DNA from: the human T2T-CHM13v2.0 reference genome, Homo sapiens
NCBI RefSeq assembly: GCF_009914755.1
Contig: NC_060926.1
Direction: 5' to 3' (one strand)
Length of the DNA stretch: 64,000 nt
The first letter of the stretch is position 1. Each line of letters opens with the position of its first letter. Position numbers and translations under genes: made by a program. The notes below the pieces were generated by a model, which saw only the letters and a program-made list of their open reading frames with translations, made no database searches and was not told where the DNA came from. Positions 36,095 through 47,652 of this stretch are shown here, one piece after another.

Positions 36095-36337
36095 TCCTGT
36101 TCCCTTTTCTCGTTTCCCTTCATTTCCTTACTTCTGCATTATCCTCAGACCATGAAACTAGTGGCTTGAAGGGAAGCAGAAAGATTTGTGGTCCATCCTT
36201 CTTGAGATAATGATGAACAGCCTAGAGTACTACACTTCCTCCTCCAAAAAAATAATAATAACACTGGCCCTGGGGGTCCCACACCCACCACGCCTCATCT
36301 CCAGACTCTTTACTAATGAGCATCTCATCTTGCATCC

Positions 36338-36637
36338 TTTATTTATTTATTTATTTATATATTTATTTATTTTTGAGACAATCTCCCTCTCCCAGGCTGG
36401 AGTGCAGTCATGCAATCACCTCTCACCCAGTGGGCTCAAGCGATCCTCCCACCTCAGCCTCCTGAGTAGCTGGGACCACAAGTGTGTGCCACCATGCCCG
36501 GCTAATTATTGTTAATTTTTCTAGAGATGGGGCCTTGCTATATTGCCCAGGCTGGTCTCAGACGCCTGGGTTCAAGTGATCCTCCCACCTTGGCCTCCCA
36601 AAGTTCTAGGATTAGGCATGAGCCACCGCACCCAGCC
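36338..36637 (-). mobile_element. Alu (AluJ)
   Basis: Diverged dimer with (TTTA)n tail. Confidence 0.88.
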
Positions 36638-38147
36638 TAACATTTTTTAAATGGAATTAAAAAAGGCACAGAGATGGTTGGGGGAGTTTAAAGTAAGTAA
36701 TATGTAAGTTAAAATAAGCGTAAATAAATAAGTTTGCAAATAAACCTAGCTCTGAACTCATTTGACAAAGCTCCCTCAACAGCAACCCAATGAAAGCCAG
36801 CAATAAAGAAATGAATAACGTAAGTACCAAGGTTCTTTTTGGCCACTCAGACCTGCAGGAAAGGGGACTCAGAAGGTGCTACTTAAGGCCAGAGGCCTCT
36901 ACTTGACCCTTGCTGTGTACTTTGGCAAAGGTGGGATAATGGAGCTCACCCCAGAATACAGTGGGCCCCGCCTCAAAGAGCGAAGACAGACATAACGTCC
37001 AAGTTCATCTGGGGCTTCACAGAGATGACAACTTTCAGGAAAGTAGATAGAGCAACATCCTTCAAGTTATAGGAACCACCAAAACATGTCATTTTAATCT
37101 GATTTGGGGGCATCTTTTATCACTGGGTGGAAGAGGAGGATGGGGAAGGAAGGCCTGGGGGCTCAGCTGGGCTTCATTCCCAGCACCCACTCGGCTTCAC
37201 TCTGCCCCTGTGATGCAGAAGTGGGAGCCAAGGCCCACCTGGCCCTTATGAGGGAGGCAGATGTGTGCAAAAGCACAGACAGCCCCCCAACATCTGCATG
37301 GGGCCCCCAGGCCCTCCGATGGCTACCTGAGACACCATTTGCCCATCCAAGTGTCAGTTCCCTCGGACTGGGGTCCCAGCCTTCAGTGGCACTCGGTTCA
37401 GCCGTCTGGTTTTTATCATAAACGAGGAGGGGGAGTAGTGGGATGGGGAAATATTCTTTTATTTAAGCCACTATAAATTCAACCTCTTTCCCCTCATCTT
37501 TCTCAAATTCTTCTTATGATACAGATGTTTTCTGCATCATTATCTGCTCAAATCTTGCCTAGAACCTCCATGTGTAGGAACAGATGTTTTAATGACTTTG
37601 GCCTCAAAGAAGACAGGGCCAAAGCAAAATTCTTCATTTACTTTGTTTGCAGCAAAACCAACAGCACATTCACAATTTGGGGCACAGAAGTTATAAATTT
37701 TAATTTTGTGGTGTGCAACCAAGGGGAAAATGAGGCAGCCACTGATATTCTGTTCAGGTGATATTGACGCTAAGGCTGAGGCCTTCAAACAGGTGTGTTC
37801 CTCGTCGTTCAGTGGACATTGACTAAACACCTGCCATGTGCCAGGCACTGTGCACAGGGGTGCAGTGGTAAATTAGACTTGGGTCCTAGACTCCAGGGGC
37901 TGAAATGGGGGCCCATAGGTGAAGACGCAGTGAAATAACCACAAAGGGGAAACCCCCATCTCTCTCATATTTGCTCTTGGGTGCGTCCATGCATTATTCA
38001 ATACTTATGGCCCCAGGCACTGTGTGACAGTCCAGCCAGGGTGGGGGAGACCAGTAGGCAAGAACAACGGGATGTGAGAGGCAGGGAACATGATAGGGGT
38101 ACACACAGGGTACCCTGGGGGGATTTAATAGAGCAGTATTTTATTAG

Positions 38148-38595
<448 letters not shown>

Positions 38596-38734
38596 CATTG
38601 TTTTATTAGGATTCAGACCACTTAGGGCTTAGCCTTTTGACAGAAAGGAAACTGATTAAATTGTTACCTCCCTTTTTCTCCCCTAAGGGAGTTCAATGTC
38701 TGCCTGCTCAGCTTCTACTCTGCTCTCCTCTCCT

Positions 38735-38995
<261 letters not shown>

Positions 38996-39768
38996 TCTGA
39001 CCTCTCCTCTACTTTAAATAAAGAGCTGCCTTTTTCACCCAGTTTGTGGACTTTTTGTGACACAGAATGGGAGGAAAGATAAAGATGAGGGGACGGGAGA
39101 GGTGAATGGAAGTGGAGAAGGACTGGGTGACCATCTGAGTGATAGCAGAAGCACTAAATAAATAAATAAATAAAATAAGAAGAAGCCAGAAAAAGGCTAA
39201 GTAGAGTTTCTCAGTGCAGAGAGTGTGGGAGGATGTAGAGACATGAGAAAATATTGCCCCACTGGCTGTTGGATTGATGGAAGCATGGTCTCACAGTGAG
39301 AACCCCAGAGAGGTCTCAGAGGAGAGAGAATCAGAAAGAAAAGGAAAAGGCATTTGAAGAGAGGCTGGGTCAGTGGTTTTCAAGGTGTGTTGAAGATTGT
39401 GTGTCCCTGGGACCCTTCAGGGCACCTGCATGCCTGCAAGTATTTTCACCATGACAGGAAGCTATTATCTGCCTTTTTTACTCCCTCCCTCACACTCGCA
39501 CAGTGGAGTGTACTAGAAACCATCCGATGTGTGATATTGCCACTGGCGGAGTACAGAAGCAGCTCGGAGAACCCAGCTGTCTTCTATTAAGCCAGACATT
39601 AAAAAGATTTGCAAAAATGTAAAACAAGTCTACTCTTCCTGTTAAAGTTTTTTTAATACAGCCTTTTTTCAATAAAAAGTGTCACTTATCTTAACCAATG
39701 GATTTATTGTTTTTAAAGTGAATTAATAAAGATAATTTTTAAATTCTCAGCTCTAATTTCTAACAGAG

Positions 39769-40116
39769 TATATTAGTCTGTTTTCACGCTGCTTTATCAA
39801 GACATACCAGAGACTAGTTAATTTATAAAGAAAAAGAGGTTTAATGGGCTCACAGTTCCACGTGGTAGAGGAGGTCTCACAATCGTGGTAGAAGGAAGGG
39901 ACGTCTCACATGGCGGCAGGCAAGAGAGAAAGGGGAAAGCCCTTATAAAACATCAGATCTCATGAGACTTATCACTACCTCAAGAACAGTATGGGGGAAA
40001 CTGCCCCTATGATTCATTTATCTCCCACTGGATCCCTCCCATAATTCCAACACGTGGAAATTACGGGAGCTACAATTCAAGATGAGATTTAGGTGGGGAC
40101 ACAGCCAAACCATATC
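39769..40116 (-). mobile_element. THE1 solo LTR
   Basis: tattagtctgttttcacgctgct..gaggtttaatgggctcacagttccac..gtggggacacagccaaaccatatca. Confidence 0.88.
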
Positions 40117-40174
40117 ATAAAGTAAATAGCATTAGATGGAGGACACATACACAAAAACTCTCGAGTTCCTCAAT

Positions 40175-41019
40175 TTTATTTTATTTTATTTTTGGGAGTC
40201 TAGTCTTATTTATTGGTTACTTAAAAGAATCCTAATTTTGGCTGGACTCAGAAGTTGAATCTCACAGAGAGGACAGTGTGCATCTCTTGGCAATCTGTTC
40301 CTGGAGTTTGTCTTTGGCCTCCTTCATTCTCTTGGCCAAAAGTTCAGCGTATTTTGCAGCCTCTTCCTCATTTTTCTTAGTACACTGTTTCTTCAGAGCA
40401 ATACGCCAGCATTTGTGTTGCAAGACACATGGAGTAACAAGAAGCTGAATCTTGGGTGCTTTGGTCCCAGGTTTTTTGCCTTCTTTAAGGGCTTTCTTAA
40501 CAACAGATTGGTGGACACTATCTTCTTTAGAGAAACTGAAAAGTTTGTGGATTCTGCTAGCTCTTTTGGGCCCCAGGCGATGATGCTCCACAGTATCAGT
40601 CAGTCCAGGAATATCCTTCTATCCTCTTTTTTTTTTTCATAATAACGAAGTTTAGAAAGCTTGGATTGGCATCCACAATGCAACTGCAAACAGCTTCGTG
40701 CTTCTTGCCCCAGTTCTCCTTGCTCTGTAACAGGAATGCCCCTTGCTCAGTAGTACACAGACCCAGCCATGAGTCAAACACCCTGCTTCATGGGAAAGCT
40801 TGTTTGTCGTTCCTGTCGCTGATTCCCATCACAGAACCTTTCCATTCTTCACTCAGAGTGTCAGCAACAACTTCTGTGGCTGTATACTTCTCATAAAAAA
40901 ATACAAAGTTTGCATTCCTCATCCACTTCAAGGAGCTTCTGGCAGCCGACAGCTAGAAAGGAGACATTCAGCTTCATCTTGAAGTGGCTGATTGCCTCTG
41001 AGGTGCCTCTAAAAAGAGC
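40175..41019 (-). pseudogene. RPS6: Processed pseudogene of ribosomal protein S6 (full length)
   Basis: ORF fragments [18 protein letters not shown] and [35 protein letters not shown] at 40975-40977, intronless, frameshifts and stops, AATAAA at 40209-40214, A-rich tail at 40175-40194, 5'TOP-like CTCTTTTT, TSD cctcaat (40168-40174 / 41020-41026). The symbol names the parent gene. Confidence 0.95.
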
Positions 41020-41713
41020 CCTCAATAATTTTAAAGAGTGAGACCAAAACGTTTGAGAATTGTTGGTGTAGGTTATAAAATTGGACTCCTTTTTTGTGCT
41101 TTTTGAGGGATTCATATAAAAGCTGGGCCATGTGGGCTCTTCATTCTTTGGGATCAGCCATAAGAACCCAAAAGGGGAAAAACAGACACAAATGTTATCC
41201 ATTATTATTATTGTTATATGGACAGTAATCACAAAAAGACTGAATACACAACATACTCAGGATTATTTGGAAAACCAGGCATTGCCCAAAGATTTCATTG
41301 ACAGTTTGCATCTTTGTATGTTACTGGAACACGTTGGTACAGTTGTCACTGGGAGATACAGCACTTAACTTTTAACAAAGGGTCTCTCAAACTAGGAGTC
41401 CAGGGATATATCTCAGGGGTCACCAGTTTCACAGATTTGAGACACACATCTATAAACTAAATGGAAAATGCCTTCAAACTACATATAACTGACAAACCAC
41501 AACTCTGCCTTGAAGCTGAATTGTGACAGAAATACCAATAAATGTGGCCACTGTATCTCTGAATACAAATGTGCTGTGGCCCTGTGCTGTGTGAGGGGTG
41601 GCGAGCTTGCCCCAGGCCCTCTGACACTCTGGAGCTTGCTCCATGGTCCCTGAAGCAAGTGGGAAAATGACCCTTGATTGTCCAGTGTGATTAGTTAATT
41701 AGAAGAAACACAG

Positions 41714-42080
41714 TGTATTAGCCTGTCCTCACACTGCTATAAAGAAATTCCTGAGACTGGGTAATTTACAAAGGAAAGAGGTTTAATTGACTCACAGATC
41801 CACGTGGCTTGGGAGGCCTCAGGAAACTTACAACCATGGCGGAAGGCGAAGCAAGGACCTTCTTCACATGGTGGCAGGAGAAAGAGAGAGTGAAAAGCCC
41901 AGGAAAAACCACCATTTATACAACCATCATATGTCGTGAGAACTCCCTCACTATAACGAGAACAGCCAGGGGGAAACTGCCCCCATGATCCAATCACCTC
42001 CCACCAGGTCTCTCCCTCAACACCTGGGGATTACATTTCAAGATGAGATTTGGGTGGGGACACAAAGCCTAACCATATCA
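41714..42080 (-). mobile_element. THE1D/MSTA-type solo LTR
   Basis: tgtattag..cacactgctataaagaaa..ggggacacaaagcctaaccatatca. 5-bp TSD cacag. Confidence 0.88.
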
Positions 42081-42235
42081 CACAGCAAGGAAGAATGTGC
42101 TCAGAATGGGAAACCCAAAGTGTGATATTGCCACTGGCAGAGTACAGAAGCAGCTCTGAGAACCCGGCTGTCTTGGAGACCTGTGAGATCTCCAAGGTCC
42201 TTTCCAGCTATGCAAGTCTAAAATAGTACATCTGC

Positions 42236-42600
42236 ATTGGATAAAGAAAATGTGTTGTATACACCATGGAATACTACTCAGCCATACAAAAAAAAAACAA
42301 TGAAATCATGTTCTTTGCAGCAACATGGATGCAGCTGGAGGCTATTACCCTAAGTGAATTAATACAGGAACAGAAAACCAAATAGCACATGTTCTCATTT
42401 ATAAGTCACTGGGGACTACAGAGGGAGGAGGGATGGAGAGGAGTGAAAGTTGAAAAATTAGCTATCGGGTACTATGCTCACTACCTGGGTGATGGGATCA
42501 ATCATGCCCCAAACATCAGCATCATGCAATATACCCATGTAACAATCCTGCATGTGTACCCCCTTAATCTAAAATAAAAGTTGAAATTTTTTAAAAAAAG
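42236..42600 (+). mobile_element. L1MA 3' end
   Basis: ggataaagaaaatgtg..tttgcagcaacatggatgcagctggagg..cctgcatgtgtaccccttaatctaaaataaaagttg. Confidence 0.82.
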
Positions 42601-42678
42601 CTCCTCTAAAAAATAAAATAAAAATAACACCTCCTTCAAAAGGTCTGAAATCACATGCCAGCCCAGAGGTAGATGACG

Positions 42679-42958
42679 GTGCTATGGACTGGATGCTTGT
42701 GTCCCCTCCAAATTCATAATCTTGAGGCTGGTGTCCTTATAAGAAGAGGAAGAGACCAGAGTGCACTCTTTCTCTGTCATGTAGAACATAGTGAGAAGAC
42801 GGCCATCTGCAAGCCAGGAAGAGAGGCTTCACCAGCAACCCAATCAGCCAGCACTTTAATCTTGGACTTCCAGCCTCCAGAACTGTGAGAAATAAATTTC
42901 TGTTGTTTAAGCCACACAGTCTATAGTATTTGTTATAGCATCCTGAGCAGACTAAGAC
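42679..42958 (+). mobile_element. MLT1A-type LTR (internally deleted)
   Basis: tgctatggactg..tgtcccctccaaattc..ccagcctccagaactgtgagaaataaatttctgttgtttaagccac..gactaagaca. Confidence 0.8.
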
Positions 42959-43538
42959 AGATGACAATCTCCATGGCCCCATTTTGGTTGAAGTAGTATT
43001 CAATCAATTAGGTGTTCATTTTAGACAAAACTTTGCAGCCTCTTGCTAGTGATTCCTAGTGGATTCTAGCTGGTTGTCTTACTAAGAATTTTATCAGAAA
43101 ACCTATAGAAGACTTGGCACAACTCTGCCCCACATACGTGCAGCCTTAATTTAATGAAGGGCCACCTAATAAAGGAAGGGCTGGGAGTCAAAGGGCCTCG
43201 GATTAGGTTTCTGCTCTGCTACAAAATAGCTGCCTGGGCTAGAAGGTTCTTCCTCTCTTTGGGTTCCAGGAGCTTACCAAGGGCAGAGCAAAGGGAGCAG
43301 CCCTCAGCTGTAGGGAGTTGGGGCCACTGTCCATAAAGAATTTTAGAGTAATAATAAAACTGACTAAAAGTCCACTTTTAATTATCACTGTGCTTTGGCA
43401 ATTCTAAACAAAGTCTGTGATAAAATTTTCCTCCCTATAAAAACATCTTTTTATTTTAAGTTCTATACAACGGCAATAGTTCATGTAGATTTTTAATCTA
43501 TTTGCATTAACCTTAACATATTCATATTACTTCTCCAT

Positions 43539-44160
43539 TGTATTCGTTTTCCGTGTCTGCATAACCCACTGCCACAAACTTAGTGGCTTAAAACAAACCC
43601 ACCTGTTGCTTACAGGTCTGTGGGTCAGAAGTCTAGTGCAGTGTGGCACAGTGGGCTTTCTGCTCTGGGACACAGTGCTGAGGTTATGTGGTCAGCCAGG
43701 CTGAGTCCTCACCTGGAGGTTCTGGGGGAAAATTCACTTCCCAGCTCATCCTCGTTACTGGCAGAATTCAGATCCTTGCTGTTGTCTTAGTTCTGAAGTT
43801 CCCATTTCCTTGCTGGCTGTCTCCTGGCTGGGGCTACTGTTGGCTCCCAAGGCCACCCACATTCCTTGCCTCGTGACCCCTCCATCCTTGAGCCAGCCAC
43901 ATGTGTCAAGTAGTTCTCATGCTTCAGAGCTCTGATTTCCCATGTATCTGGTCTCTGCACCAGATCAGGAAGGCTTGTGGGATTTGGCCAAGCCCACCTG
44001 GATAATCTTCCTAAAACATCAACTGATTTCGGACCTTAATTACATCTGCAAAGTCCTTCAGAGCAGTCCCTATATTAATGTTTGATTCGATGATGGAGAA
44101 GATGCTTGTAGACCAGGAGCTGGAAATCTTGGGGACTGCCTTAGAATTCTGCCTGCCGCA
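43539..44160 (-). mobile_element. MLT1E-type LTR
   Basis: ccacaaacttagtggcttaaaacaa..ggcagaattcag..cttagaattctgcctgccgca. Confidence 0.7.
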
Positions 44161-44700
44161 ATTCTTCATAGATGTTGTACACTACATGGAAGTTAATTCA
44201 GACAACTTGCAATTGTACAGTTGGCCCTGGATTAGCACGGACTCAGCTACATCTGTTCCTTAGGAGAGTAAGTTTGCTTTGCGTTCCTTTTGAGAAAGTT
44301 CACTGTGAGATCGTGTCTCATCTTCTGTGGAACTACATATTCCTGCATTTGAGTAGTAGGTTTGAAATGAACACTGATGATAGAGTGACTTTAAAGATAA
44401 AGAAACAGAATTTGAGTTACTGCAATTGTGCCTTTCTATGGAATCACTTGGAGTTTTGACTTACGTTTAAAATTTAAACTTTGCACGTAACAGAGATAGT
44501 ATACTTTCTGTGAAACACAAAGCAACCTGAAAGTACAATATCTCTGTTATGTGCAAATTCTTCATATGTGAAATACATTATTAAATTTGAAAAATATTTG
44601 AAAATGTGAATATTTAAAATTTAAATGCGTTTTTTCTATTCATCTTGATTTTGTTCAATTGCTGTTCAACTATAATATTGTTCATGGCCATGAAAGACCA

Positions 44701-45040
<340 letters not shown>

Positions 45041-45229
45041 TAGTTGTCCTCATTATATATTTAAAAAATTAATGTAATTAAAAAGCTTGAATCCATTGCA
45101 TCTTTCCTTTGTTGTAGTGGGTATTTATTTTATATTTTAAGTTTTACTCTCATGATTATATATACAAAGTTCAATAAAAGGGAACTTTAACTGCATTAGT
45201 CTGGCCATTATTATTAGTCATTGCATTTC

Positions 45230-45575
45230 TGATATGGTTTCGCTCTGTGTCCCCACCCAAATCTCATCTTAAACTGTACTCCCGTAACTCCCATGTGTTG
45301 TGTGAGGGACCAGGTGGGAGATAATTGAATCATGGAGGTGGTTTCCCCCATACTGTTCTCATGGTAGTGAATAAGTCTCACGAGATCTGATGGTTTGATA
45401 AGGGGAAACCCATTTCATGTGGCTCTCATTTTCTCTCTTGCCACTGCCATATGAGATGTGCCTTTCATTTTCCACCATGATCGTGAGGAACTGTAAGTCC
45501 AATAAACCTCTTTCTTTTGTAAATTGCCTAGTCTCAGGTATGTCTTTATCAGCAGTGTGAAAATGGACGAATACA
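45230..45575 (+). mobile_element. THE1 solo LTR
   Basis: tgatatggtttcgctctgtgtccccacccaaatctcatctt..cagtgtgaaaatggacgaataca. Confidence 0.88.
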
Positions 45576-46814
45576 ATGATTATTACTAAAAACATTTTGT
45601 TGTAAATGGGGTATGTGTGATAAAAAGGAACCCACTCTGAGCGTGAAGTACATTGGGCACCCACTGCAGATGCTCAGACATGCCTCATGGATATCAGCAG
45701 AGGAAATGCTTCCTGGCTGCCTGCTACCTTCAGGGGACTGTGCTGAGTGACTTGCAGACATTGTCTCATCTAATCCTCAGAAAAACATCATTTTAGAAAT
45801 GAGAAAACAGCTAAGAGAGCCATTCACTTGCAAGAGGAGAAGCTGAGACTTGAACCCATGCTAAGACCGTTCATTCACTGTCATCTCTCAGAAAGGCCTT
45901 GGTTTGTTGAAAGTGATGCGTTTTGATCCTGCCTGCCCAGAGCAGGCAAGGGCAAGATTCCTGGATGCAACTTCTCTGCTGAAGAGAACATTATCGGCTC
46001 CTGAGCTCGGACTGAGACACGCATGCTGACTCTCCCCACTGGCTCCCCTTGGATGCCTTCCTCCGGCCCCATCTGTACCCCTGCAAAGGCAAGACTTGCT
46101 TGGGAGGTTTTTGAATGTGCCTGCCTGCATGTTAGTATCAGAGCTCTTTCAGAGCTGGGACTGTGTGTGGTTAAAATGTATAACCCAGCAACTCTCAGGG
46201 TCCTTGGTACATAATATGGGCTTGAGAAATGTTTGTGGAACTTACCTGACTGGCTGAGTAAAAATTACAGGCTTAAGTGAGTGTTTGAGAATTCTCTGGG
46301 AATTTTGCTTAATAACATGACTCTCATCTCCCATGAATGATGATCGATTCCTTCCTCTGGCAGGAAGTAGTGGTTGGTTACTGCAGCCAGAGAGATTTTT
46401 TTTTCCCCCTGCAACCCGTGGGTGGATTAAAATGGAAGGAGCGAGCCAAGCTGAGCCAGGAAGGACAGCCAAGGTCAGCAGGGCTGATGGATCCCCGCAC
46501 GCTGTCAGTAAGAGGAGAGGCTGTAGTCACTAAACCATCCACAACTATCCCGGTTCTTTTCTCCTTCTGGTTCATGGTAAAATTTTAATTCTCTGCATCC
46601 ACTGAAATTAGCCCTGGCCACATGACTTGCTGTGGCCCTGAAATGTGAGCTCTGGGGGCTTGTGCGCAATTTGCCGCATTGCCTTCTTCTCGTGCCACAG
46701 TGATCAGGGACTCGGGTGTGGAGAAATCTTCATCAACCTGGGTCCTTAAGTGTTTGTAGAAATCCCCTGCCAACCCATGTTAGACATGTAGGACCAGCAA
46801 GAAATAAGCTTGAC

Positions 46815-47652
46815 GCCATCCTCATATGATTGACAAGCATTTTGGATAGAAATATAATTATAATTAAGCATTAATCAGGATGCACTATTTTTTTTTCTGA
46901 GATAGGGTCTTGCTCTATTGCCCAGGCTGGAGTACAGTGATGTAATCATCACTCACTGCAGCCTCAACCTCCTGGGCTCATGTGATCCTTCTACTTCAGC
47001 CTCCCAAGAAACTAGGACCACAGGCAAATGCCACCACACTTGGCTAATTTTTTTTAAATTATTTTTTGTAGAGACAGGGTCTCACTATGTTGCCCAAGCT
47101 GGCCTCAAACTCCTGGGCTAAAGTGATCCACCCTCCTCAGCCTCTCAACATGCTGGGATTACAGGCGTGAGCCACTTCACCCAGTATCAGGCTGTCCTTT
47201 GACCCACTTCCTTATAAGGGAAAGTCACGCAGCAATGGATAGCGACCACTCACATCCCCGTTTTTCCTATACATAGGATCTCTGGTGTTAGAGTCAGAGG
47301 CTTTTGTTTAAGAATTCCTGAAGATGTTTTCCGATCCCAAATTTCAGTGGAACAACTGACACCAACCAGTCTGAAGACCCCCACAGAGAAGCAAAATCAT
47401 CATGAGAATACAGCTTCTTCCTCTCCCTGTCCCATGACTTCACCTTGCACTTTTCTACCAATCAACTCTCTCCACACTTCAGCCCACTCTGAAACCCTTA
47501 AAAACACTAACTCCTCAGGGACATAGATTTGAGGGTTTCTCCCATCTCCTCATTCATCAGCCCTATAATTAAACCTCTTTCTCTGCTATGACCCAATGTC
47601 TTGGGGTATTGACTTGCTGCACACATGAGGCAATGGACCTGTGATGGTTACA
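46815..47652 (+). mobile_element. ERV1-class LTR (LTR8-like) containing AluJ (46888-47184, -), nested in an old MLT1 LTR
   Basis: ttcaccttgcac..accaatcaac..attaaacctctttctctgct..ggttaca end. MLT1-like text flanks it (..gaaataagctt | ..tttgggggatgcttgttattgcagcagcacctagcc). Confidence 0.55.

Larger units (their letters stand above)
39371..41062 (+). mobile_element. Charlie1-type hAT element split by a THE1 LTR and the RPS6 retrocopy
   Basis: cagtggttttcaaggtgtg..ctgtcttctattaagccagacattaaaaagatttgcaaaaatgtaaaacaa..cctcaataattttaaagagtgagaccaaaacgtttgagaa. Confidence 0.7.
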
